Of a stretch of DNA of 64,000 nucleotides, positions 1 to 9,486 are shown one piece after another. The stretch is from Synechococcus sp. (GTDB lineage: Bacteria > Cyanobacteriota > Cyanobacteriia > PCC-6307 > Cyanobiaceae). Within the stretch, counting starts at the first letter, position 1; each line of letters starts with the position of its first letter. A program made the translations under genes and the position numbers. The stretch lies in NCBI GenBank assembly GCA_047284725.1, contig JBJBEO010000001.1, positions 1,592,203 to 1,656,202 of the forward strand. The letters are read 5' to 3'. The notes beneath the pieces are model-generated. The model ran no database searches. It was not told where the DNA came from and saw nothing but the letters and a program-made list of their open reading frames with translations.

Positions 1-61
1 ATCACCGCGCCGGATCCCTGAAGCTCCGTCAAACTGGCGCCATCCATTAACGCCTTCCGCC

Positions 62-820
62 GTGAAGACCACTGCCTGCATCCTTGCTCTTGCCCTCGGC
101 ACTCCCCTGATGGCATCGATGCCGGCCACCCGAGCCGACACCGTCTCAACGGTTGGGGGCAACGTCACCCATGCTGCGACCACACCCACCACCACCCTTG
201 GTGCTGTCGCCGCGACACGGGCAGCACAGGAGTTGCTCGAAGCCATCACCAGCAAAAACGCCGCAGCGCTGTACGACGGTCTCTCCGCGCCGTTGCGCAG
301 CTCCACCAGCGTTGCGGCCGTGGAGGCACGTCTGAGCAAAAGCCCGGTCCTGAGCGGCTTCCGCATCAATTCCATCGCCCTGGGCGTCGACGACACCACC
401 GTGGAAGCCGTGGCCTTGCTCGATGAAGGCAAACGGGAAGCACCCTTGCTGCTGGTGCTCGATGACGACGGCAAACTTGTGGCCTGGAAATGGGTTGGCC
501 AAACCCTGCCCATCGAGCAGAGCGCCATCAATTTCGTGCGCGATCTTCAGGCCAAGCGCTGGGTTGCCGCCCGCTACTACCTCGATCTCGACTTCCAGAA
601 AGAGATCAGCCCCCAGGATCTCGAGCGCAAGTGGAGCAAGCTGGTTCGCGTCCTTGGCGGCATGAAGGACATTAAAACCGCACTGGTCGCCAATGAAGGT
701 GGGGAGCAGCAATTGGTGCTCGTCACCATCGCGTTCGGCAAGATCACCGACAACCTGTTTGTGATCTTCAACCGCGAAGGCCGCATCATCAACGTTGATT
801 TCTCACCCGATCTGGTGTGA
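62..820 (+). CDS. Secreted protein with tandem DUF3887-like domains
   Basis: N-terminal signal peptide (MKTTACILALALGTPLMA), then two similar alpha/beta repeats each ending in a 'F/L-D/N-x-D/E-G-K/R-L/I' motif. Confidence 0.65.
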   Translation: MKTTACILALALGTPLMASMPATRADTVSTVGGNVTHAATTPTTTLGAVAATRAAQELLEAITSKNAAALYDGLSAPLRSSTSVAAVEARLSKSPVLSGFRINSIALGVDDTTVEAVALLDEGKREAPLLLVLDDDGKLVAWKWVGQTLPIEQSAINFVRDLQAKRWVAARYYLDLDFQKEISPQDLERKWSKLVRVLGGMKDIKTALVANEGGEQQLVLVTIAFGKITDNLFVIFNREGRIINVDFSPDLV

Positions 821-910
821 TCGGCGACGGTGTTGGGCGTCAAGGGGGAAATCGATCACTGGAACAGGGGATTTTCCGCTTAAGCTCCCGCCCAACACTG
901 CAATTGGGTC

Positions 911-3220
911 ATGGTTGCCGCGGTCCTCGACTGGATGATTGAGGATGGCCATCGCCTTGCTGAATGCCGTCACGACCATCCGTACTCCGTGCTCGGTCCT
1001 CAGCAGGTTGATGGCATCTGGACCGTGCGTGCCTGGATGCCTGAGGCCCAGACCGTCAACGTTGTTGTGAATGGGGAGGTGATCAGCACTTCCACCCCTC
1101 ACCACCCGTGGATCTTTGAGGCTCAGGTGAGCCAAGATCCCGGCAACGCCTACCTCCTGCAGGTGAGCCGTGGCGGCATCGATCATGAACAACACGATCC
1201 TTGGGCCTTTCGAGGGGAGTGGATGGGCGAGATGGATCGCCATCTTTTCGCTGAAGGCAACCACCATCACATCTGGCGCAGGATGGGCGCCCACCTCACC
1301 TGCGTCGATGGTGTTGAGGGTGTGATGTTCTGTCTTTGGGCACCCCATGCACGCAGTGTCAGCGTGATTGGGGATCTCAACTCATGGGATGGACGCCATC
1401 ACCCCATGCAGCTGCGTACCGGAGGAATCTGGGAATTGTTCATTCCAGGCCTCAAGGCGGGCGCGCTCTACAAATACGAGATTCGCACGCAAGAGGGGCA
1501 CTGTTACCAGAAGGCTGACCCCTACGGCTTCCAGCATGAAGTGCGTCCTGACACCAGTTCACTGGTGGCGCGCATGGACGGCTATCAGTGGACCGACGCC
1601 TCCTGGATGCAGGTCCGGGACAGCCGCAACGCCCTCGAGCAACCCATCTCGGTGTACGAGATGCACCTGGGTAGCTGGATCCACGCGGCTGCCGACCAGC
1701 CTTTCATCGAGGCCGATGGCTCGGCACGCCCCCCCGTGCCAGCTGCTGACCTCAAGCCAGGAGCACGCTTCCTCACCTATCCGGAACTCGCTGATCGGGT
1801 GATCCCCTATGTGAAAGCAAGAGGATTCACCCATATCGAGTTGATGCCGATCACCGAGCATCCCTTTGATGGATCCTGGGGCTATCAAGTCACGGGCTGG
1901 TACGCCCCCACCAGCCGTTTCGGGAGCCCAGACGAATTCAGGGGCTTTGTTGATCGATGCCATGCCGAAGGTCTCGGTGTGATCATCGACTGGGTGCCCG
2001 GCCATTTCCCTAAAGACAGTCACGGCCTTGCCTTTTTTGATGGCACGCACCTCTACGAACATTCCGACCCGCGCATTGGGGAACATAAGGAATGGGGGAC
2101 GCTGATCTTCAACTACAGCCGCAACGAAGTGCGCAACTTCCTTGTGGCCAATCTGGTGTTCTGGTTCGAACAGTTTCACATCGATGGCATCCGCGTGGAT
2201 GCCGTGGCCTCGATGCTCTATCGCGACTATTTACGTCCCGATGGCGAGTGGCTCCCCAACGAACACGGCGGCAGGGAAAACACCGAAGCGGTTCGTTTCT
2301 TGCAACAGGCCAACCACGTGTTGTTCCAGCACTTCCCAGGCGCTCTTTCCATTGCGGAGGAATCCACCACCTGGCCAATGGTCACCCAGCCCACCGCGAT
2401 TGGCGGCCTTGGCTTCAACCTCAAATGGAATATGGGTTGGATGCACGACATGCTCGATTATTTCGAGCTGGATCCGTGGTTCCGCCAATTCCACCAAAAC
2501 AACATCACCTTCTCAATCTGGTACACCTACACAGAGAATTTCATGCTGGCGCTCAGCCATGATGAAGTTGTGCATGGCAAGAGTCATCTCCTGCACAAAA
2601 TGCCTGGTGATGATTGGCAGAAGTACGCCAACACCAGAGCTCTTCTTGCCTATATGTGGACCCACCCAGGTAAGAAAACGATCTTTATGGGCATGGAATT
2701 CGGCCAACGGTCCGAATGGAATGTATGGGGAGATCTGCAGTGGGATCTTCTGCAGTACGAACCGCACCAGGGCGTGCAACGACTCGTTGACGATCTCAAT
2801 GTGCTCTACAAGTCGGAACCAGCCCTGTGGCGCGATGACTTCGACCAATTTGGATTCCAGTGGATCGATTGCAACGACAATCGGCACTCGGTGATCAGCT
2901 TCATGCGCCGCGAAAGCGCAGGCGGCAGCTGGTTGGTGGTGGTCGCCAACTTCACCCCTCAGAGCCATGCCCACTACCGCGTGGGTGTTCCTCTGGCTGG
3001 CTTCTATGAAGAAATCTTCAACAGCGATGCCGAGCGCTATGGCGGCAGCAATCTCGGCAACATGGGTGGTAAGCCCACGGATGAATGGGGGATCCATGGC
3101 TACGACAACTCGCTCGACCTCTGTCTCCCTCCCCTGAGCCTGATGGTGTTCAAGCACAGTCCGAAGCGCAGCCTCCCCATCTCAGCGATCAATGCCGAGG
3201 CCACCAACAACAGCGTGTGA
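911..3220 (+). CDS. glgB: 1,4-alpha-glucan branching enzyme
   Basis: GH13 motifs [43 protein letters not shown]. Confidence 0.98.
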   Translation: MVAAVLDWMIEDGHRLAECRHDHPYSVLGPQQVDGIWTVRAWMPEAQTVNVVVNGEVISTSTPHHPWIFEAQVSQDPGNAYLLQVSRGGIDHEQHDPWAFRGEWMGEMDRHLFAEGNHHHIWRRMGAHLTCVDGVEGVMFCLWAPHARSVSVIGDLNSWDGRHHPMQLRTGGIWELFIPGLKAGALYKYEIRTQEGHCYQKADPYGFQHEVRPDTSSLVARMDGYQWTDASWMQVRDSRNALEQPISVYEMHLGSWIHAAADQPFIEADGSARPPVPAADLKPGARFLTYPELADRVIPYVKARGFTHIELMPITEHPFDGSWGYQVTGWYAPTSRFGSPDEFRGFVDRCHAEGLGVIIDWVPGHFPKDSHGLAFFDGTHLYEHSDPRIGEHKEWGTLIFNYSRNEVRNFLVANLVFWFEQFHIDGIRVDAVASMLYRDYLRPDGEWLPNEHGGRENTEAVRFLQQANHVLFQHFPGALSIAEESTTWPMVTQPTAIGGLGFNLKWNMGWMHDMLDYFELDPWFRQFHQNNITFSIWYTYTENFMLALSHDEVVHGKSHLLHKMPGDDWQKYANTRALLAYMWTHPGKKTIFMGMEFGQRSEWNVWGDLQWDLLQYEPHQGVQRLVDDLNVLYKSEPALWRDDFDQFGFQWIDCNDNRHSVISFMRRESAGGSWLVVVANFTPQSHAHYRVGVPLAGFYEEIFNSDAERYGGSNLGNMGGKPTDEWGIHGYDNSLDLCLPPLSLMVFKHSPKRSLPISAINAEATNNSV

Positions 3221-3301
3221 CGAAGCGGTTGCCATCTGCGAGAGATCGCTCTAACAGCCTGGTTCCTTCAGTTAGGTTTCCGGTTTGCACTCCACTTCTC
3301 G

Positions 3302-4360
3302 ATGAGCGACTCCCTGCCCCTGCTGCTGCGTGCCGCCCGCGGAGAGGCTGTAGAGCGTCCTCCGGTGTGGATGATGCGTCAGGCCGGCCGATACATGAAG
3401 ATCTATCGGGACCTGCGGGATAAGCATCCCAGCTTCAGGGAGCGCTCCGAGAACCCTGATCTCTCCTACGAGATCTCGATGCAGCCCTTTCACGCCTTCA
3501 AGCCTGATGGCGTGATTCTGTTCTCCGACATCCTCACGCCCCTGCCGGGGATGGGGATCGATTTTGACATCATCGAGAGCAAAGGCCCTCAGATCGGTGA
3601 TCCGATCCGCTCTATGGCCCAGGTGGATGCCCTCCGCCCCCTCAACCCCACTGAATCGATGCCCTTTGTGGGTGAAGTGCTGGGCCGACTTCGCCAGAGC
3701 GTGGGCAACGAAGCTGCGGTTCTGGGCTTTGTGGGTGCCCCATGGACCCTGGCCGCGTATGTAGTGGAAGGGAAGAGCAGCAAAAACTACGCGGTGATCA
3801 AGGCGATGGCCTTCCGCGAACCCGATATTCTCCACAAACTCCTCGACCACTTCGCCGAGTCGATTGCCAATTATCTCAGGTATCAGATTGATTCCGGAGC
3901 CCAGGTGGTGCAGATGTTCGATTCCTGGGCAGGTCAGCTCAGCCCTGCCGATTACGACACTTTCGCAGCGCCTTACCAGAAGAAAGTGGTCGATCTGGTG
4001 AAGCAGACCCATCCAGACACCCCGTTCATCCTCTACATCTCTGGCAGCGCCGGCGTGATCGAGCGGATGGCGGCCACCGGAGTTGACATTGTGTCGCTGG
4101 ACTGGACCGTTGACATGGCGGAAGCTCTGGCACGCCTGCCGAAAGACATCGGTGTGCAGGGAAACGTTGATCCCGGCCTGCTGTTCGGCTCCCCAGAAGC
4201 CATTGAAGCCCGTATCGACGACTGCGTGCGCAAAGCTCGCGGACGCAAGCACATCCTCAACCTCGGCCACGGCATCCTTCCCGGCACGCCCGAGGAAAAT
4301 GGTGCTGCTTTCTTCCGCTCGGGCAAGAGTGTGATGGAGCGCCTCGGCGCCCTGGCCTGA
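3302..4360 (+). CDS. hemE: Uroporphyrinogen decarboxylase
   Basis: [27 protein letters not shown] and NLGHGI motifs. Confidence 0.98.
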   Translation: MSDSLPLLLRAARGEAVERPPVWMMRQAGRYMKIYRDLRDKHPSFRERSENPDLSYEISMQPFHAFKPDGVILFSDILTPLPGMGIDFDIIESKGPQIGDPIRSMAQVDALRPLNPTESMPFVGEVLGRLRQSVGNEAAVLGFVGAPWTLAAYVVEGKSSKNYAVIKAMAFREPDILHKLLDHFAESIANYLRYQIDSGAQVVQMFDSWAGQLSPADYDTFAAPYQKKVVDLVKQTHPDTPFILYISGSAGVIERMAATGVDIVSLDWTVDMAEALARLPKDIGVQGNVDPGLLFGSPEAIEARIDDCVRKARGRKHILNLGHGILPGTPEENGAAFFRSGKSVMERLGALA

Positions 4361-4384
4361 TCCACAACTCTCCCTAAGCCTCCT

Positions 4385-5386
4385 TTGACCGACGCACCCG
4401 CACGGATCCTGATCACCGGCGCCAGTGGGTGCGTTGGTCAGTACACAGCAGCCTGGTTGCTGGAACACTCCAACGCAGAACTTCTTCTCTGGCTGAGGGA
4501 TCCGAGCAAACTCACCGCCATTGCCCATGACCACCCCCGCATCGCGTTGCTGGTGGGTGATCTACGCGAGAGCGAATGGTTTTCAGCCGAGCTGAGCACC
4601 GTGACCAGGGTGATTCACACCGCCACTGCATGGGGCGATCCCGAACGGGCCCATCAAGTGAACGTGGTAGCGGTGAAGCGGATGTTGAGCTTGCTCGATC
4701 CCGACAAACTCCAACAGGTGGTGTATTTCTCCACCGCCAGCATTCTTGACCGTCATCTTCAACCGCTGCCGGAGGCCCTGGACTACGGCACGGAATACAT
4801 CCAAACCAAAGCCCAGTGTCTGCGTGATCTTGAGCAGCACCCGCTCGCCGAGAAAATCGTGGCGGTGTTTCCAACGCTTGTGTTCGGAGGCCGGATCGAT
4901 GGCAGCAGCTCCTTCCCCACCAGCTACCTCACCGAAGGGTTGGCGGAGGCCAGCAAATGGCTTTGGCTGGCGCGTTTCCTGCGGGCTGATGCCAGTTTCC
5001 ACTTCATACATGCCGCAGACATCGCCGCCATTTGCGGTGCATTGGCCACCCGACCTCACCAGCAGAACCGGACCCCGGGTCAAGGGGCGGTGCGCCGCAT
5101 CGTGATGGGCCAAAAAGCCATCAGCGTGAATGAAACAGTGGCCACCCTCTGCCGCTGGCGCGGCGTAGCCCGCACCCCTGGGATTCCTCTCTGGGCCTGG
5201 CTGATCGAAGGGCTGATCAGGATTCTCCCCATTGAAGTGAATGCATGGGACCGCTTCAGCATCCGCCAACGTCACTTCATTCATCATCCAGTCACCCAAC
5301 CCGAAGCCTTCGGGATGACAAGCCATGGCCCAAATCTTGAAGCTGTGCTTCAGGACTCAGGCCTGCCCCGACGAGGCAAGGTGTGA
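4385..5386 (+). CDS. NAD-dependent epimerase/dehydratase family protein
   Basis: Rossmann motif ITGASGCVG and YxxxK (YIQTK); follows hemE. Confidence 0.85.
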   Translation: MTDAPARILITGASGCVGQYTAAWLLEHSNAELLLWLRDPSKLTAIAHDHPRIALLVGDLRESEWFSAELSTVTRVIHTATAWGDPERAHQVNVVAVKRMLSLLDPDKLQQVVYFSTASILDRHLQPLPEALDYGTEYIQTKAQCLRDLEQHPLAEKIVAVFPTLVFGGRIDGSSSFPTSYLTEGLAEASKWLWLARFLRADASFHFIHAADIAAICGALATRPHQQNRTPGQGAVRRIVMGQKAISVNETVATLCRWRGVARTPGIPLWAWLIEGLIRILPIEVNAWDRFSIRQRHFIHHPVTQPEAFGMTSHGPNLEAVLQDSGLPRRGKV

Positions 5387-5420
5387 GTGGCGTTAGAATC
5401 GAGTCAGTGTTACCGACGTG

Positions 5421-5780
5421 ATGATCAACCGTCTGCGCTCCTTTCTGTCCGCCTGCATCGCCCTTGTTTTGGTGATCGGCATGGGCGTGGCATCTGCCAA
5501 CGCCGCCACCGTCGAAGTGAAGCTTGGCTCTGATTCCGGCATGCTGGCTTTCGAGCCCAGCACCGTGAATATCAAAGCTGGCGACACCGTCAAGTTTGTC
5601 AACAACAAGATGGCTCCTCACAACGCCGTCTTTGATGGCCACGATGAGCTGAGCCACTCTGACCTTGCCTTTGCCCCTGGTGAATCCTGGGAAGAGACCT
5701 TTAGCACCGCTGGCACCTACGACTACTACTGCGAGCCCCATCGTGGCGCTGGCATGGTAGGCAAAGTGATTGTTGAGTGA
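5421..5780 (+). CDS. petE: Plastocyanin
   Basis: Signal peptide; PHNAVF and [11 protein letters not shown] copper ligands. Confidence 0.98.
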   Translation: MINRLRSFLSACIALVLVIGMGVASANAATVEVKLGSDSGMLAFEPSTVNIKAGDTVKFVNNKMAPHNAVFDGHDELSHSDLAFAPGESWEETFSTAGTYDYYCEPHRGAGMVGKVIVE

Positions 5781-5844
5781 TTCTGAATCAGGCAACAACC
5801 CTGAATCGGATCCAATCTCTCTCAATTTTGATCTGAACCCTGAC

Positions 5845-5883
5845 GAAGCCCCCTGTGAGGATGAACTCCTCACAGGGGGCTTC
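5845..5883 (+). terminator. Intrinsic terminator hairpin after petE
   Basis: Perfect 17-bp inverted repeat GAAGCCCCCTGTGAGGA / TCCTCACAGGGGGCTTC with a 5-nt loop, followed by ACTTTGTT. Confidence 0.8.
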
Positions 5884-5935
5884 ACTTTGTTGTCAATCTA
5901 GATATGGTTATTCATCGAAGGACTTCGATCTCACC

Positions 5936-6295
5936 ATGCCTCGATCAGCATCGCTTCTGCCAATGATTCTTGCGATGCTGATCGGCCTGCTTGGGATTCT
6001 CCCCGTTGAGGCAGCCGAACCTGACCTCAGCAACGGCGCACAGATCTTCTCGGCCAACTGTGCGGCTTGCCATATGGGAGGAGGGAATGTTCTCAGCGCC
6101 ACACGCACGCTGAGCCAATCCGATCTGCAAGCCCATCTCAATTCCTACAGCCAAGACCATCTCGAAGCCATCGAGCAGCAAATCGAAACGGGCAAAAATG
6201 CCATGCCTTCCTACGAAGGAAAGTTGACGGACGCCGACATCCTCGATGTCGCTGCCTACGTTGAAGCGAGGGCAGAACAAGGTTGGCAACGATGA
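5936..6295 (+). CDS. petJ: Cytochrome c6
   Basis: Signal peptide, GAQIFSANCAACH heme motif, GKNAMP axial Met, conserved Gln (AIEQQ); ATG at 5936 preferred over the ORF-track start. Confidence 0.9.
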   Translation: MPRSASLLPMILAMLIGLLGILPVEAAEPDLSNGAQIFSANCAACHMGGGNVLSATRTLSQSDLQAHLNSYSQDHLEAIEQQIETGKNAMPSYEGKLTDADILDVAAYVEARAEQGWQR

Positions 6296-6510
6296 GCCGT
6301 GAAGGCCTCAAAGATTTTGTGCATGCGGTTGAACACAGCGCCGCCCTACGCAGGCAAGTCTTGCAAGCCAATGTTCCTCATCATTTAGTCAACCTCGCCA
6401 CGGCCCATGGATTTGCTGTCAGCGAGCAAGATCTCAACGACGACCTGATCTGTACAGAGCTTCAATCGTGGTTTGATCGCAGTTGGATCCAACCCTCCCA
6501 TCAATCTTGA
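6292..6510 (+). CDS. Nif11-like domain protein (leader-only)
   Basis: MSREGLKDF...ALRRQV...LVNLATAHGFAVSEQDL fits the Nif11 pattern; ATGA overlap with the petJ stop. Confidence 0.8.
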   Translation: MSREGLKDFVHAVEHSAALRRQVLQANVPHHLVNLATAHGFAVSEQDLNDDLICTELQSWFDRSWIQPSHQS

Positions 6511-6561
6511 CTGGGCATGGACTGTTCACCAAGACTCCTGACTGCATGGCCAACCGCATCA

Positions 6562-7050
6562 TCATTCGTTAGTGACCGTTTGCTGGAGGGCCGAAGGTTG
6601 CAGACCACCGCAGGCAAGACAGCCGCCATTGATTCGGTAGGGAGCCAGATGATTCCTCAGGCATCGAGTGCCTCGGAAAAACAGCACCTTCCCCAACTCG
6701 CGGGCATGGGCGTCCGTGAGGGGCAACTGCAACCAGCGGTCTGGCACCAGGCCCTGGAGTGAAGCCCGCCGCGCTTCAGCATTGAGACGACGCTTCCTTT
6801 CCTCACGATCGTTGCGTGCATACACCGCCTCCACTTGCAGTTCCTTGGAACAGCTCAGACAGGCAATGATCATTGGTTTCTTCCGGGACGTGTTGTGGGA
6901 GAGCTTGTCGCTCGAGACTTCCCTTTCTGCTCCACAACTGCAACGGCACCACCAATACACGTTGCCGCTTTTGGTGCGCCGCTCCGAGACCCTCTCCACC
7001 GTGAGTTGGCCATACACCTCACCAATCCGATTACGCGGTTTTGATGGCAT
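6562..7050 (-). CDS. Cys-rich hypothetical protein with phage-like zinc-binding modules
   Basis: IGEVYGQLTV...WWCRCSCG...CLSC and CLRNH...GGCLAC motifs. Confidence 0.7.
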   Translation of the reverse strand: MPSKPRNRIGEVYGQLTVERVSERRTKSGNVYWWCRCSCGAEREVSSDKLSHNTSRKKPMIIACLSCSKELQVEAVYARNDREERKRRLNAEARRASLQGLVPDRWLQLPLTDAHARELGKVLFFRGTRCLRNHLAPYRINGGCLACGGLQPSALQQTVTNE

Positions 7051-7165
7051 CCCGTCTCCCAAGCGGATACGTGTGCATGATCACCCAGCCTGGGCCGCAA
7101 AGACAGACACCCAACACATTGCGTGCAGCAAAGGGAGATGATGGCACTGAGGTTTCTCCCGTTCC

Positions 7166-7561
7166 ATGGCTGTCGTGACTCTGCTCAGTGACTTTGTGGA
7201 TGGCACATGCATGGCCCTCAGCGAAGACACCGAAGCCGAGACCCTCAACGTTTACATGACCACCTCCCCCGGCCAACTCTGGGCTGGAGTCCAGCAAAGA
7301 CGATTGGCGCGACAGCTCACGCGCGAACGTCGCGGCCCAGGAACCCTGTATTTCGCCCCCACTGAAGCAGCTCAGGCTTGCGTCACCGCCTATCTGCAAA
7401 GCGAAACCGGTTCGCCGCAGGAGCGCGACTTATTCGAAGCGATGAATTCAGCGGGGGTTGAGATGGCCCCGCATGTGGGCCAGGCTTGCGAACGGGAGGT
7501 TCTCATCCGCGGTCAACACCGAAAACTCACCCGACAGGCCCAAGCCAAGGGATTTGGCTGA
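7166..7561 (+). CDS. Hypothetical protein ending in KGFG
   Basis: ATG-started 131-aa ORF with protein-like composition and a C-terminal KGFG tail common in small picocyanobacterial proteins. Confidence 0.7.
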   Translation: MAVVTLLSDFVDGTCMALSEDTEAETLNVYMTTSPGQLWAGVQQRRLARQLTRERRGPGTLYFAPTEAAQACVTAYLQSETGSPQERDLFEAMNSAGVEMAPHVGQACEREVLIRGQHRKLTRQAQAKGFG

Positions 7562-7667
7562 GCAGGCTGCCCGCAGCCACCAGACAGCCCATCCAGTATG
7601 GGGGAGGCACCAAGACCAGAACCGTGAAGAGACACAATCGCCCCCTTGCTCAGAATCCAGGCAAGCC

Positions 7668-7838
7668 TCAGAGCCCGGGATCGCGGACACCACGCACTTT
7701 CTGCTGAAAGCCATCACGACGCTCCTCCAAGGTGTCAAACCCAAAACGCTGCGGATAGAACTTGACATAACCAGTCGCCAACCCTGCCACGAGCAGCCCG
7801 ATGATGGCAAAAGGCAGCAGGGTCAAAAACTTCTGCAT
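7668..7838 (-). CDS. Small single-pass membrane protein (56 aa)
   Basis: MQKFLTLLPFAIIGLLVAGLATGY hydrophobic helix plus charged tail; GAGG upstream. Confidence 0.55.
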   Translation of the reverse strand: MQKFLTLLPFAIIGLLVAGLATGYVKFYPQRFGFDTLEERRDGFQQKVRGVRDPGL

Positions 7839-7892
7839 CAGCACGGCCTCTTCCCCTGGCATAGCAAGATCTGATCCAAACGCTGACTCTCC

Positions 7893-7982
7893 ATGCTGCT
7901 TCTCACTGTGACCGCCGGTCTGATCACTGTGCTATGGATCACCCAAGTGTTGGTCCGACGTCGCATGGATGATGGCCAGTAA
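7893..7982 (+). CDS. Putative 29-aa membrane microprotein
   Basis: Hand translation MLLLTVTAGLITVLWITQVLVRRRMDDGQ*; below the ORF-track cutoff. Confidence 0.4.
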   Translation: MLLLTVTAGLITVLWITQVLVRRRMDDGQ

Positions 7983-8474
7983 CGGGCGAAGCCACGCCAC
8001 CAACGCGGATCACGCCCATTCCTGAGAACGCTCTCGCTTATGTGAACGCGACGACATGATCCTCTGGAGGACAACCTGCATCCTTCTTCCAAGATGGTCT
8101 GGTTGTGGCCTTCTGATCCCTGAGTGAGACCAGCGGGTGGTTGAGGCCTTGGAGGCAGACAAGACAAGACTTGTCATTGACGTCAGACAACAAACCTTGC
8201 TTCAAGGACGGTGACCCCTGAAGATGCGCAAAGAATTGCAGCCGGGAAACCCAATCTCTTCCTCATTCGGGAACTTCTGAACCCAAGCAGCGCACCAAAG
8301 CACTTTGAAGGTCAGCACACACGATGGGGACCTCTGACGCTGAGCTGCTGCACGAAGCGACAGCAGCGAGATTCCTCTGCATTGCGCTCATTGCGTTCCG
8401 TGCGTCCCTCTACAACACAGAACTAGCGAAGTTAATCAGACGCGATACAAAGTTGCTAGAGGCACCTTGAATCA

Positions 8475-8651
8475 ATGCCCATCAATACAGCGCATGGACA
8501 GCCACTGGGCGAATGGATTGATGATGGGCAGCACAAACCCTTTCAAGCCATCGCCTGCGCACTACAAATTCTGAGCTACGACGAGTCGCAAATGATGGAC
8601 AATGACACCACAAGACGTGAGGAGAGGGGAGCGCTGTTCTACGACTGCTGA
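8475..8651 (+). CDS. Putative 58-aa small protein
   Basis: Hand translation MPINTAHGQPLGEWIDDGQHKPFQAIACALQILSYDESQMMDNDTTRREERGALFYDC*. Confidence 0.4.
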   Translation: MPINTAHGQPLGEWIDDGQHKPFQAIACALQILSYDESQMMDNDTTRREERGALFYDC

Positions 8652-8817
8652 GTCTCTGAAACGCCTGGGATGACTCCTTCATCAGCACGCTGTTTCCAGC
8701 CTTGTGATGAAAGCTGTCGACCAAACAACTGAAGGATCCAATCCCAATCAGAATCTGATGGTTTCTGGCATCACCCATCAAGAAAGCACAATCTGAGGAG
8801 ACCATCGCTTAGGGGCC

Positions 8818-9030
8818 ATGTTCATCATCGAGAGCCTTAACGATTCCTCCAGCTGCAGAGAAGAGTGGGTCCCTGAAATTCAGTGCAAAACAGAATTCAA
8901 AGCGTTTTTACAGGCACGTACCAAGTGCATGGCGACTGGCAAAACCTACCGAGTCTTTGACAGCCGCGAGATGGAAGTGATCAGCCTGATCACACTGGAT
9001 CGCTGCAAGCGACATTTTGGGCTTGATTAA
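8818..9030 (+). CDS. Small hypothetical protein (70 aa)
   Basis: ATG preceded by AGGGG; protein-like pattern (W..EIQCKTEFKAF..AR...TGKTYRV). Confidence 0.65.
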   Translation: MFIIESLNDSSSCREEWVPEIQCKTEFKAFLQARTKCMATGKTYRVFDSREMEVISLITLDRCKRHFGLD

Positions 9031-9115
9031 GTGGTGGTGGAGGCCTGGTAAGGGCCTACGCCTTAAAACACTGGTTGAGAAGGAATCGCAAGCGTCCCAG
9101 CTTTCTCCTGACGCC

Positions 9116-9349
9116 TCAATGGGACTGACGCACTGCTGTCAGCACGGCGAGATAAAGCTCCTCGTCTACTTCCCGAATGTCGTACTCGGTGGGCATGGCG
9201 CCATGGTGATGCTCGTGAACAACGGTCCAGCACATCCGCTCCAAATCGTTCGGCACGGCGCCGTAGAGCGCCCTGACTCTGGCGACAAGCGTGTTGACCA
9301 ACACGGGATCCAAGCCACTGTCTCCAACCATCACCGCCGATCGGTTCAC
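9116..9349 (-). CDS. Small hypothetical protein with HEHHH motif
   Basis: [24 protein letters not shown] core; start uncertain (9349 or 9331). Confidence 0.65.
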   Translation of the reverse strand: MNRSAVMVGDSGLDPVLVNTLVARVRALYGAVPNDLERMCWTVVHEHHHGAMPTEYDIREVDEELYLAVLTAVRQSH

Positions 9350-9396
9350 GCCGTTCCGAGTCGGTTGACCCTACCGAGCCAGGTCGGTTTACCGCA
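9341..9396 (+). promoter_or_regulatory. Repeated TCGGTT / K-box-like elements upstream of clpB
   Basis: TCGGTT at 9341, 9361 and 9384; AGTCGGTTGACCCTAC partly matches the K-box consensus GTTCGGNNANCCNNAC. Confidence 0.4.
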
Positions 9397-9486
9397 GGAT
9401 GCCGCGCAGACCGCCCGTTCCGGTCCGGTTCTCCCCTCTGCAGCAAAAGACATTGCTCATACGGTTTGATCAACCGAACGATGATC

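Noticed and set aside
6292..6510. Prochlorosin/lanthipeptide biosynthetic cluster
   Set aside because: No core peptide, modifying enzyme or peptidase-containing transporter nearby.
8431..8449. Possible NtcA site upstream of the 58-aa ORF
   Set aside because: Spacing does not fit GTA-N8-TAC.
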